From positions 53,756,001 through 53,820,000 of the forward strand of contig NC_086108.1 of the NCBI RefSeq assembly GCF_963921235.1: a stretch of DNA of 64,000 nt. The letters are read 5' to 3'. The notes beneath the pieces are model-generated. The model saw only the letters and a list, made by a program, of their open reading frames with translations. It was not told the origin of the DNA and did no database searches. Positions within the stretch are counted from its first letter, which is position 1. Every line of letters begins with the position of its first letter. This stretch comes from Mobula hypostoma. Its lineage: Eukaryota. The position numbers and the translations under genes were made by a program. This document shows positions 39,041 through 51,740 of this stretch, in pieces.

Positions 39041-40989
39041 ATTTTTGTTTTCATTCATTATTTTATAACTTCCTTCCTCAGAAAAAAATTTCACTTTTCT
39101 GAACATAAACCACAGAGAAGATATTTTTCAGCTGTGAAGTACTGTAAAGGGCTGTTGATTTTCACTTAAATTTCTTTCAGAAGATTGATTTAAGAGGTAC
39201 TCTTAATTACATCTTTTGGAGATTGTAAAAGACATTTGAGAAACAACAGTAATAGGGAAGTTAGGGGAATCTTATTAGTGACTTGGACTTATTCAGGATA
39301 GCACATGCAGACTAATTTTGTTGATTTTTATTTGCATCCTAGTAAATAGGAGCTACTTGGTGAATGTTCCCCAGTGATTTTAAGAAAGCATTTGCAAGTG
39401 TTCCTCAATGTAGTTGGAATATGAAGAATCAGAGGCAACCATGTCACTTCAGATGTATAGTGAATAGTTGAGAGGGGAGACTGTTGGTAGGGATAAAAGA
39501 AATATTGTCAGGATGTGACAGATGCCGTTCTCCAGAAATCTGCCCTGGGGCCTCAAGTTTCACAAAGTGTATAGATGGCATGGATAAAAGAATAGCAGGT
39601 TTAGTATCTTAGGAAGGATTACACTGCATAAATGGAGGCAGGAAGTCAAAGGAAAAGTGTATTTTCATGTAAACCTTTTTTCTTGATATGATTTCGGTCA
39701 TCTGCAAGAGGCAGAGAAAATGTTTTTGGTAAAGAACAATCACCAAAATCGTTATAAACAACTGCTGCATAAACAATGAAGATTTTTGAAGTATACCCCA
39801 TGTTTTGTAGGCAAAGGAGCAGAATATAAAGTGCAAACTACAAAGGTGTTATCATGAATTTTTAGACAATTATTCTAACAATTGGATTTCCTGATGTTGA
39901 TTGAAGGATATATTTTGTCCTTGGTATCTTGGTTCCTTTTCCTTGAAGAGTGTTTTGGGAGTTTTCATCTTCACTTATCAAGAAAGACAAAATCATAATA
40001 GTGCTTGTTCTGTCCACTGTAACCAGCTACTGCTGGCAGGGTCACAGCATGTGTCCATTTTCTGTATTGTTTGACCACAAATTTAACATACAATAACAAG
40101 TCATTCTGGACTGATTAACTGCAGGTACTATTAACTTTAAAAGTGTCTTCAGTCTAAATTACAAAACTCCCTCTCTGTGATTTGGAACCTGATATCGAAA
40201 TATGTCCGGAGTAACAGTGCAAACACAATATAATTTAAGTATCACCGGGGCAGTATGATTTAAGATGGGGAGATATGATTTCTGTGGTCTCACATTTACT
40301 GAAGGACATAGCGAAACCAGATCCAGTTATTCACCCTTCCTGTGTTAGAATTTCTAATGGGAACATTAAATAAGGTTACTCAGGGGTAATTGAAGGGCAC
40401 ATAAAAGACACTAAAATGAGGGATCAAATTTCCAAAAAAGCTTAAATGCCTTTGGGCTGCAGTGGCTCATGCCATTAGCAGTGCTGCTCAGCTATAAACT
40501 TATCACCCCACTTTCTTAATGTGAAACATTTTTACTGCCTGTTTAATGGTGCTTTTAATATCTAAACATGAAAAAGTAACTGCAGCTCCATAAAGTAACA
40601 TTAAAGGAGGCCATGTGTTTTAATTTTATCCCAAGATACAGCTAAGATGCTGAAAAATTGGACTTTAACAATGTTGTGTAATTTTTTAAATTGATTTGAT
40701 ACTCATCACAGTTTTATTTTGAGAGTATTTTATAATTATGACTGTTTATGAAAGAATTAAAGTGTAAAATGTTGCTGGTATCTTAACTTAAGGAAATATC
40801 TGAATTTTCTTCAAAAGGGAATTGCTCCCAACTTTATCTGCTCCCACTAATAAGGCATGAGAAATTGGTACATATTTGCTCTCAAATCATTGCCAGCCTT
40901 AAAGATCATAACACTGTACTGATTGGTTACATTTTCATTGGGATTCAGGCAGGTTACGAAGCATTCTGTTAATAACCTTGTTATTTTCA

Positions 40990-41350
40990 GATTCAGGTTT
41001 ATTATCACCAGAATGTGGTGTGAACTTTGTTAACTTAGCAGTAGCGGTACAATGCAATACATGATAATGTAGAAAGAAAAAATAAGTATATCAGTTACAG
41101 TATTTTAGATTTAAAATAGTGCAATTCAGAAATAATATTTTAAAAAGTGAGGTAGTGTTCATGGGCTCATTGTCCATTTAGGATTTGATGGCAGTGGTGA
41201 AGAAGCTGTTCCTGACTGATGTATATACCTTCAGGTTTCTGTGCCTCCTTCCTGATGGTAACAATGACAAGAAGGCATGTCCTGGGTAATGGGGGCCCTT
41301 AATAGTGGACGCTGTCTTTCTGAGGCACTGCTCCTTGAAGATGTCTTGGA
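40990..41350 (-). mobile_element. Rex1-like LINE 3' end
   Basis: TCAGATTCAGGTTTATTATCACC...GAAGAAGCTGTTCCTGA...CCTTCCTGATGGTAACAATGA. Confidence 0.7.
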
Positions 41351-41569
41351 TATTTTCTTGATATTTTTCTTGATTCTGAGAGGTACAGTCTCATTAAAAA
41401 AAAGAGCTTATCTAGATAGCAACTTTCTGATTGCAGTAGTAATTGAGAAGATTATTCTATTGTTTTTGTTACATTAGAGGCATCTATCAGTGATTAAACG
41501 ACATTTCAACTTATTTTTCTATTTAATTTGCAAAAATATATCAAAACCATTTCTTACAGTGGTAATACA

Positions 41570-41995
41570 TGTAACACTGCATTTATAATTAAGGAAGATC
41601 CTCTATTTTCAAAAACTCCTTTCATAGTTGCAGGACATCACAAAGAGCATTAAGTAGTACTCACTCTTGCAAAGCGCAGAACACTAGCTACTGTGTGCAC
41701 ATCAGTGGGTAATGACCTGTAAATCTGCTTTTGTCATTTTGGTATAAGAGTAAATATCGTTGAGGACATGATGACATCCCATACTCTTCTAAGATTGATG
41801 TGCCTCCAGCAGAGAGAGCGGGGGGGGGGGGTGCGGGGACTTTGGTTTAATATCTCATCTGGAAGACTACTTCAGACACTGCAGTAATCATTCAGTGCTG
41901 CACTGAAGTACACACATAGATCTTGTGCTCAGGACTGAGGTTTGAACCTACAACCTTCTGATTTGTGAGAGGGTACTATCTCTGAGTTAAAGATA
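41570..41995 (-). mobile_element. DeuSINE/SacSINE1-like SINE
   Basis: TTGGTTTAATATCTCATCTGGAAGAC...CAGTGCTGCACTGAAGT...TTGAACCTACAACCTTCTGA. Confidence 0.65.
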
Positions 41996-42891
41996 ATATT
42001 TCAAAAACTGGCAAGTTTGGTTTATGAATTGAAACATTCAGAGATGTTTCAACAATGTAATAAACTATGTCAGAGAAAATTCAACTACAGAACCTGGGAA
42101 TCCTTGAGACTGTCTGAGGCAAAGCTTTGATGGAGCATACAATTACAATCATGGTGCTATGAACAACAGACTGTCTTCCGTAGTTAGAAAAGAAATGACA
42201 AGCAATTAATATACTTATTAAGGACACATTTTATTTATTCATCCACTTCATGTTTATGGGATGGATCCAATAGTTTAACAACAAGAATATTGTGCTGAAA
42301 GCTCTAAAGCTTCTGTAGTGCCTGTTGGGTTTTAACACTTAATGTTTTCATCAATCTGAAAATGTGACTCTATAAATGTTCTGCTCGTTTAGTGAGCTAA
42401 TGTTTAATCTAGGTCAGTGATGAGTAGCTGATCATAGCCAGATTGTTCATCAAGATGTGAGCTTTCTGCAGCACGTGGAGGAGGAGATGTACAGGGGGCT
42501 GGAGGTAAATATGATAGTTGGGAGTCAAGGTAAAGGGACCAATCTGTCCCTATCCATTGTGCTAGTAGGAAATTTATGTGCGAATACTGAGTGAAAGCAG
42601 GTGGGTTTTCAATGACATTGCTCTTCCTCAAATGCACGTACAGACGTTAGTTTCACTTGAGTGAAATGCCATGTGGCTACCAGTGCTTGTGGAACTTTGG
42701 TCTGATGAGTGGTCTTCTGCTACTTTTCTATAGCTCTCTCTGGTGAATTAGTATGAACATCTGCTGGCATCTAAAAATTATATAATTAATCTATTTTTAG
42801 TCAGTGCGTTTCTCACTGAGGAAACATATAGATTGAGAATTAACTGTCACAAAGGCATCTTTTGTGTCACTTGTACGCCTTGGCTAATTAT

Positions 42892-42985
42892 CAGCATAGA
42901 GAAAGTTAAGCAACCAGTTACTCACATGAATTTCTCAGCAATTAAATTCATGAGTGTAATTGGTTGCTTAACTTTCTTTATTCTG
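42892..42985. repeat. 94 bp imperfect palindrome/hairpin (42 bp arms, 10 nt loop)
   Basis: Arm 42892-42933 versus the reverse complement of 42944-42985 differs at 5 positions, 2 of which are G-U pairs in plus-strand RNA. Confidence 0.9.
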
Positions 42986-44279
42986 TGACACTAAGGATAG
43001 AGTTTTCAATCATAGAGTAAAGCCCAGCACAATAATTACAGTTTAGATACTTGAGAGGTTTTGGCTGTTTAGTATCCATTCTGGGGATTCCACAGAAATT
43101 CTGCCAAAGTTTCAGCGGGAGATGAGAACATGTCTGGGGTGACTGGCCTTGTGACTGCCACTGCATGCAGATGAATTTATTGTAAAAGTGAGAAACTGCA
43201 GACACTGGAAATCTGAAATGACAACAGAAGATGATGCAAAACCTCCGCAAGTCAGACCGTGTCTGTGAAGGTGGAAGGAGATATAACATTTCAGTGACTT
43301 TTCATCAAATCTCATCTAATGATAAATGATGGACCTGACATATTAACTCTGTTTATCTCTGCAGAGCTATTCCTGACACTTTGTGTCTATTTCCAATTAT
43401 TCCTTTTTTTAAATACAGAAGCAGTCTTTATGAAAGAAAAATGAGTAGATCCCCTGCTGTTATATGTAAATGCATTGTACTTCATAGTAATAGTTCAATT
43501 CTTACCGTAATTAAGCTGTCTTATGCCTAGCCCACAAAATAATGTATGATCTTTAAATGACATAACCTGTAATTATGACAAATAATTCAGCAGAAAAGTA
43601 AGCCATTATTGTAGTGATTTATATATTTTTTCTTTCACGGTCCAAGGTTAAATCTAAACATATAAGTTAATGCTGGTCTTAGAACTAAGAACTATTTAGT
43701 AGCTTAATAATTCTACAATATATCTAACGAATCCTATAATGTCTGATTTGCCCTGAACCAATCTGCTGGATTAATTTTGAGGAACATTGTGGATGTCAGG
43801 TTCAGCTGGGAAAATCGTTTCTTCTCCTTCATTTGATTATTGCACTTAATTCCAATGTGTAAAGACTGTTTTGCTAAACTTTTTCGCAATATTGTAAGTG
43901 CCTGTGTTGCATTACTGTTGATCTAACTTGTACTGTTTATACATGATAGTCATGACACTCTTGTTATAACAACATTTAAAATGTTAAATAGTGTTTTGGA
44001 TTATATTTTGCCATGTGATTTTGTATAATAGAATTCACATAAAGTATAATATAATTATTAAAATTTTTGAAATATGTGAATGCTTACTACATTGTTCATG
44101 GTAAGTTGCTTAATAATAGGGATTTAAAGTGCAAATCAAAATCACTGCAGATCTGAAAATCTGAAAGAAAAGAAAAAGCAAAGCCAAGGAATTCTCATTA
44201 GCTCAGTTAGTTTCTGGCAAGAAAAAGTAAGTTAATTTTTCAGGTTAAAAAGTGTTTTTAATATCTAGTAATAAAGAGT

Positions 44280-44620
44280 TAATAAGATACAGGAGCAGAA
44301 TTAGACCATGACTGATTTTACTTTTCAACCCTATTTTTGTGCCTTCTCCCCATAACCTTTAACTGGTTTACCTGTCAATTTCTGCCCTAAATACACCCCG
44401 TGACTTTCCCTCCACAGTCCTCTGTGGCAATGAATTTCACATATTCACGAGTCTCTGGCTGAAGACATTCCTCTTCATCTCTATTTTAAAGGAACTTCAC
44501 TTTATTCTGATGCTGTGTCCTCAGATGGTAGACTCTCCTACCAATGGAAACATCCTCTCCACATTCACTCTATCCAGGCCTTTCAGTATTGAGAAAGTTT
44601 AAATGAGAACCCCATCACCC
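44280..44620 (-). mobile_element. CR1 3' end
   Basis: ATAAGATACAGGAGCAGAATTAGACCATG...GGCAATGAATTTCAC...AATGGAAACATCCTCTCCACATTCACTCTATC. Confidence 0.75.
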
Positions 44621-46489
44621 AAGCACTATGCTTCTGAATTATTATCTAAATATTTATCACATACTGCGCCTGGCAAAAACATTTAAAGGAAAACAAACTG
44701 TTTATCAAGTGGACAATCACAATGTTTCAAAGGACTTGGCATCCAGTTAAGTACTTTTTCCATTATACCACTGCAGATTAAGAAAGAACCTTGCCACTCT
44801 ATGATTAATGCTGTAGAAGTTCCCCACATCCAGCTAAAAGGACAGCTGGAAACTCAGTTTAATATTAATCCAGAATATGAAACTGATCAAAGTACATTAC
44901 AGTATAATAAGGCAAGCTGTCCACCAAAATTATATCTTTATGTTATAGTGAAGGGAAAATTGTGGTTGGGTGAGGGTGAGGGTGGGGGGTGGAGAGAAGG
45001 TGGTGTGCAAGGATGATAGTGGAATGAAAAATGATAATGATGATAAAATAATTACAGTGCTGATGAAAAACAGGCTCCCAGACTATAGTTTAATTTTCTG
45101 TGGTGGATGGGAACAGTAGACCAAGGACAATTTCCTTATGTAGGAGGACAAGAGTGTTTGAATGGGGCATGGATACATAATTTATCTCATTTCATCTGCG
45201 CAGAGAGAGGGGTGTTCTTGGTGGTCTACCAACGGTTTGCCTTTTTATTGAAGGGAAATATGATGCTCTTTAACTGTTGAATGGGGAGGAAACTAGGGGA
45301 CATCTTTATTCTCACGAGGTTGCATTTGTGGTAGTAAGAACAGAAAAAGAACAAGATGTTGCAAGACAAGGAGTGATATTTTAGGATTGTGACAATGTAA
45401 TGGATAGGGGAGGAGTGGGGCATTGACAAAACAGGAGGTTAAATGACTTCATTCCAATGAGTAGTGCAGTTAGGTTTCAGAATGTGGGACTGCAGTGGTG
45501 AATATGCAAGGTTAATTATCGTATTTGTTGTGGACAAGGCGAAGTTTCCTCAGAGAGAGAGCAGTGGGCGGGTGGTGATTGGAGAAATAATTAAGAATAG
45601 ACTATTCTGTCCCTCACACCTGCTCTGCCATTCAATAACCTTACACGTTGCCACATATTGTGATCTTTGAACATCTCAAAGTCTGTTGATATCTTTCTTA
45701 AATATGTTTAACATCCACAGCTGGATTTCAGAGATTTACTACCTTGGTACTAATCTCAATCCCAATTGCCCCCCTCCTGTTTTCAGGCCATGACCCTCTA
45801 GTTACAGACATAGGAGCCAATCTTCGAGATGTTGCTGTTTTCTTTCAACTGTGCTCATTTTCAGGAGCAAGAATACTGGGTGATTTTCTTTTTTGAATGA
45901 CTTCTGCAGAGCAGAGAAGATAAAGGGGGAGATTCAAAAGAAGTGACCAAAATTATGTGAAATTTCCGTAGAGTGAATAAATTGAAATTATTTGCACCAG
46001 CTGGAGAGATGTTAGTAAGGGGGCACAGGTATAAACCTGGACAGGAATATTTAAGATCTGTGTTCAGGCAAATTTGAATACACTGCTTGAAAAGATGCCA
46101 GAAGTAGTTGATGTTCAAAAAGGAACTCTAATGAAAAATTTTATAGAAGTCTCTGAAGCAGCCTGTCCTTGGTGGGCTGAATAGCCTCCTTCAATCCTAT
46201 GCAATTCTCAGGCACTCTCTTTGCTCGTGGTCAAAGTGGGATTGCCTACAGTCCTGTCAAAGTGTGGAGCAACATGCAGCATTCTTATAAAAGCTACACT
46301 GATCAGTTACAAAACAAGCCCGTCTATGGCTCCATGTCATCAATGCATGATGTATGATGGTGTCGACACACAAGATCTGGACTGTCCAGTCACACTGTGC
46401 TTACCATCCAGTCTAACTATGGCTACACATCCTAAAATCAGAACAGTCACATTTATACCCTTGACCTAAGGCTCCAGCATTTTCTACGA

Positions 46490-46810
46490 ACTTGAGAAAC
46501 AGGAACAGGAGTAGACCAGTTGACCCCTCAAGTCTGCTCCACCATTTGGTACAGTCTTGGTTGATCCAATCTTGACCTCAACACCACTCTCCTGCTCTTT
46601 CCCTGTCACCCTTGTGATTTACGTATCTTTGCCTTGAGAATGCTCACTGACAGCCGCTGGGTTACAGAATTCCAAAGAGTCAGAGCCCTCTGAAAGAAAG
46701 AATTGTTCCTCAATCTATGCCTTAAATGAACCACCCCTTATTCTGCAATTATGGCCCCTAATTCTTGATACCCCCACTAAGGGAAATAATTTCTCGGCAA
46801 TTACCTTGTG
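46490..46810 (-). mobile_element. CR1 3' end
   Basis: GAAACAGGAACAGGAGTAGACCAG...CCCTCAAGTCTGCTCCACCATT. Confidence 0.7.
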
Positions 46811-47711
46811 AACCAAGAGTTCCAATTATTTGAACATAGAGGGTTTACTACAAGTCTCACCCTGAACTTGGTTAAATCAACGTACAGTATATATTTTGTA
46901 TCAGGAGTCATTGGATATCATTCACAAGCTGAGCCCTCCCCCAATTTCAGTTTTCAGAACTCCAACTGAGATCAGCTAATTCAGTACAGACTGGGTATTA
47001 ACACTGGAGCTCAGTTCCATTCATTTAAACCATCAGGGCAGATTAATGGTCACATACTTTTCACATACTGATTTTTCAATTTGTTTAGAACTTTCTCTTC
47101 CTCAGTACCAAAACCTAGCATTTTCCAACATTTAGCATTACTTTTTCCTCATGCATGTTTGCATGGTACACCATATTCATTCTTTAAATTTAAATGAAAC
47201 TGTCTCTGATAAATTCGGCTTGGATCAACATGTGTGTGTAATTTACCTGAGGGAACTTTTCAGTAAACTGGTTTAGATTTATTGGAAGAATATTGGCTGT
47301 GAATTTAATGGTATATAATCAGTACCAGGCCAACTCAATATGAGTAGAGGAGCAGAGTGGTGCCAACAGAGATTACGTAATTTCCATTTTGTCAAGGATG
47401 TCACAAGACATTAGTGGCTCACGCATGTGTGTTAATAGCAAGTAAAAACAAAAGATATCCTGTGGATTTACCGATATGCCATCTGCAATATTAGTGTCCA
47501 AGAGACGTCTCTTAAAATCAATGGTTTAAAATTGCTGAATGGAAAGAATGTAAAGAGTAAAGTTGGCTCTTTGAGGCACCTGCTCTGTGTCTTTGGTCAG
47601 GCTTAGAATCATTCTCTCAACACATAATGCCGCATGAAGAAATATTCTGCAGTACCTTAACAACCATATCAAAAGCAGCCTGCACACAATCATCATAGTT
47701 AATGCTATCTA

Positions 47712-48222
47712 CACTCCGTGGCCACTTTATTTGGTACTTCCTCTATCTAATAATGTGGCCACTGAGTGTATGTTCATGGTCTTCTGCTGCTGTAGTCCAC
47801 CTATTTCAAGGTTTGGAGTGTCATGTGTTCAGAGATGCTCTTCTGCACATTGTTATTCGAGTTCCTGACGCCTTCCTATCAGCTTGAACCAGTCCAGTCA
47901 TTCTCCTCTGACCAAACTCATTAACAAGGTGTTAAGAACTGCCACTCATTGAATGTCTTTTTTTGTTTCTCGCACTATTCTCTGTAAACTCTGGAGATTT
48001 GTGTGTGAAAATCAGCAATTTCTAAGATCTGCAAATCACCTTATCTGGTTCCAACAATCATTCCTTGGTCAAAGTCACTTAAATCACATTTTTTCCCCTT
48101 TCTGATGTTGTCTGAACCTCTTAACCACATATACCTTTATGCATTGAGTTGCTGCCACATGATTGGCTGATTAGAGATTTGCATTAGCAGCCAGGTGTAC
48201 ATAATAAACTGGCCACTGAGTG
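47712..48222. mobile_element. Tc1-like non-autonomous element
   Basis: TA|CACTCCGTGGCCACTTTATT...AATAAACTGGCCACTGAGTG|TA, with an extra inverted TIR copy ending at 47768. Confidence 0.85.
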
Positions 48223-48599
48223 TATTTTTGTTTTATATTTAAGTTTTTGTGCTTGCTACAATGAGCTTAGCTGAACAATGGAGGGAAACTTGCTATTTCA
48301 GCTCTGAAGATTAGTAGACCAGTGGAAAGTCATTTGCGAACTGTGGCCCAGCAATCTGCCTTCACCTGAACTTCAAAGATTGCTTTCGAGTGCATCACAC
48401 TGAATTTCTTCCATTTAGCTCCCTTGTCATTGTTTGACCACCTCTGACTACTGATATGTATTTGGTAATTCTGTGCTGCTTGTGTTTAGTGACTTTGCTG
48501 GATGAAACATGAATTGACACTACCTAACACTGTTTCACGTTGGTTCTGTTGACTATCAGAGAAGGCATTTGACCCAATGGTCAAAACTGAAGAACAGAT

Positions 48600-49180
48600 T
48601 TTGAGTCACACGGCAGGGAAACAGGCCCTTAAGTCAACTATCCAGTACCCATCACTGCTAATCCCACTTTCAACCACTTGGCTCATAGTATTCAGTGTTG
48701 TTTATTCAAGTGCTTGTCTAAATACCCCTTAAATACTGTGGGAATACCTGTCCATCACCTGCAGAAGAAGTGTGTTCCAGATTCCAGTCAGTGTCTAGGT
48801 GAAAATTTTCCTCAGAATCCCCCTAAAGTCCTGCCCCTTACTTTAAACCTAAGATCTCTGATTTAATTTTATTACCCAGCCTGTCTATTCCCCTCACAAT
48901 TGTGCATAGCCGGGTTAGATTCCCGTCAACCTCCAATGTTGTTGGCAAAACACACCCAGCCTAATCAGTCTCTCCACACACAAACATTCCATTCTAGGCA
49001 ATGTCTTGGTGAATCTCCACTTCACCCTCTCTAGTACCATCATATACTTCCTTTAGTGTGGCAACCAGAACTGCCCACTACGCCAGCTGTGGTCTAACCA
49101 ATGGTTTGTATAGTTGTATGATAATCTCTCTGCCATTGTATTATATGTCCCAGCTAATGGTGTTCATTATCCTGCAAGCC
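48600..49180 (-). mobile_element. CR1 3' region
   Basis: GGAAACAGGCCCTT...CTAGGCAATGTCTTGGTGAATCTCC...GTGTGGCAACCAGAACTGC...TGTGGTCTAACCAATG. Confidence 0.75.
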
Positions 49181-50134
49181 ATCTTCAGAGCTCTAAGGTT
49201 GTCAGAGATAAAAGTTGACACAGTCTCTTTCTTTGTACTGTTGCTGAAAGTGGTATTGGATAGAGATTTAAAGGTGGTCATTTTCCTGGTGTGCCTGACC
49301 AGGAAGTGCATTGTTTATGATTGGAAGGTAGCCACCACAGAGTAGCACTGTCCTCTCTTCACCCAGTCTCAACCAGCAGGCATTTTGTCGAACTTGCCTT
49401 TTTGGAGTTTTTCTTTCCCACTTCCCTTCCAAAGGCATGTTGAAGGCACGTGGGAAATTGAACAGCTTAGCTGAGCTATTTGGGGAAGGTGTACTCACTC
49501 TATAATTGAGGCTGTGCATGTCAAACAAGAATTTCAGTGGGAATCTAGAAGGACTGTGCTACACATGCCTCCCCAGTCAGATGGAAACCAGCTTCCTGTT
49601 TGTAAGGTACTTCCTGCTGCACCGACTCATATTAAGGAGGTTTTAACAGGCAGACAACCAGCAAACGCAGTGCAAAGTTCAGTCTAATCTCTGTGGGCGT
49701 TTGAAAACCAGTGATGCAAGTGCATGGTTTAACTGGCTGTCAAAACAAATCTCTTTGTAGTGCAGGAGGCCCTACAGTACAAAGGACTCCACCTCTTTGG
49801 GAGCCAGCTTCAAGAGGAATGGGACTTTTGGCCTACTGAGTATGTGCCGACCATCAAGCACCCTCTTACACTAATATCATATTATTCTCTCCCAAACCCA
49901 TCGAGTTCGCCCGCTCACATACACACTTGGGCAAATTTACAGTGAACAATGAACCTGTCAGCCTGTCTGTCTTTGGGATGTACAAGGAAACTCCTGTGGT
50001 TACAAGGAAAATGTGCGGATACCACACGGCCAGCACTGGACGTCAGGCTTGAACCCAGAACACTGGAGCTCTGAGGAACACTCACAATGTGCTGGAGGAA
50101 CTCAGCAGGTCAATCAGCATTAGTTGAAAAGAGT

Positions 50135-50170
50135 AGTCGACGTTTCGGGCCGAAACCCTTCATCAGGACT
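50135..50170 (-). ncRNA. Minimal type I hammerhead ribozyme, intact core
   Basis: Minus strand: AGUC-CUGAUGA-A-GGGU(UUCG)GCCC-GAAAC-GUC-GACU, with stem I AGUC/GACU, stem II and a GUC cleavage triplet. Confidence 0.85.
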
Positions 50171-51704
50171 GAAGGAAGAATTTTGGGGAGGGTTTGAAGA
50201 ATGCTGGTAATTGAAAAAAACTAATTTGAAAGACAAAATGGTGGGGAGGGGAAGCAAGGAGGTGATTGGCAGGAGAACAATAGTAGAAGGAGGTGGAACT
50301 ATGAGGGAGATGATGTGAAATAGGGATGGAGGAAGGGAGGGGGAGGGAATTACCGGAAGTTGGAGAATTCTACGTTCATACCAAGGGGCTGGAGACTACC
50401 TAGACGGTATATGAGGTGTTGCTCCTCCAACCTGAGTTTAGCCTCATCATGGCAGTAGAGGAGACCATGTATGGACATATCTGAATGGGAATGGGAAGCA
50501 GAGTTGAAGTGGGTGGCTACCGGAGATCCTGTCTGTTGTGGCAGACGGAGTGGAGGTGCTCGATGAAGCGGTCCCCCAATCTGTGTCGGGTTTCACCGAT
50601 GTAGAGGAGGCCGCACCGGGAGCACCGGATGCAATAGATGACGCCAACAGATTCGCAAGTGAAGTGTTGCCTCACCTGGAAGGACTGTTTGGGGCCCTGA
50701 ATGGTGGCAAGAGAGGAGGTGTAGGGACTGATGTAGCACTTGCACTTACAGGGATAAGTGCTGGGAGGGAGATCCGTGGGGATGGACTTGCGGATAAGTG
50801 AGTCGCGGAGGGATCGATCCCTGCAGAAAGCGGAGAGGGGTGGAGAGGGAAAGATGTGCTTAGTGGTGGGGTCCTGTTGAAGGTGGCGGAAGTTGCGGAG
50901 GATAATGTGCTGGATCCGGAGGCTGGTGGGGTGGCAGGTGAGGACAAGGGGAACTCTGTCCCTGTTGTTGTGGTGGGAAGATGGGGTGAGGGCCACCACC
51001 TTCAACAGGACCCCACCACTAAGCACATCTTTCCCTCTCCGCTTTCCGCAGGGATTGATCCCTCCGTGACTCACCTATCCGCACATCCATCCCCACGGAT
51101 CTCCCACCCAGCACTTATCCCTGTAAGCGTAAGTGCTACACCAGTCCCTACACCTCCTCTCTTGCCACCATTCAGGGCCCCAAACAGTCCTTCCAGGTGA
51201 GGCAACACTTCACTTGCGAATCTGTTGGCATCATCTATTGCATCTGGTGCTCCCGGTGCGGCCTCCTCTACATCGGTAAAACCCAACGCAGATTGGGGGA
51301 CCGCTTCGTCGAGCACCTCCACTCCGTCCGCCACAACAGACAGGATCTCCTGGTAGCCACCCACTTCAACACTGCTTCCCATTCCCATTCAGATATGTCC
51401 ATACATGGCCTTCTCTACTGCCATGATGAGGCTAACCTCAGGTTGGAGGAACAACACCTCATATACCGTCTTGGTAGTCTCCAGCCCCTTGGTATGAACA
51501 TAGAATTCTCCAACTTCCGGTAATTCCCTCCCCCTCCCTTCCTCTATCCCTATTTCACATCACCTCCCTCATAGTTCCGCCTCCTTCTACTATTGTTCTC
51601 CTGCCAATCACCTCCTTGCTTCCCCTCCCCACCCCTTTGTCTTTCAAATTACTGTTTTTTTCAACTACCAGCATTCTTCAAACCCTCCCCAAAGTTCTTC
51701 CTTC

Positions 51705-51740
51705 AGTCCTGAGGAAGGGTTTCGGCCTGAAACGTCGACT
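51705..51740 (+). ncRNA. Minimal type I hammerhead ribozyme, intact core
   Basis: AGUC-CUGAGGA-A-GGGU(UUCG)GCCU-GAAAC-GUC-GACU; predicted cut after 51736. Confidence 0.8.
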
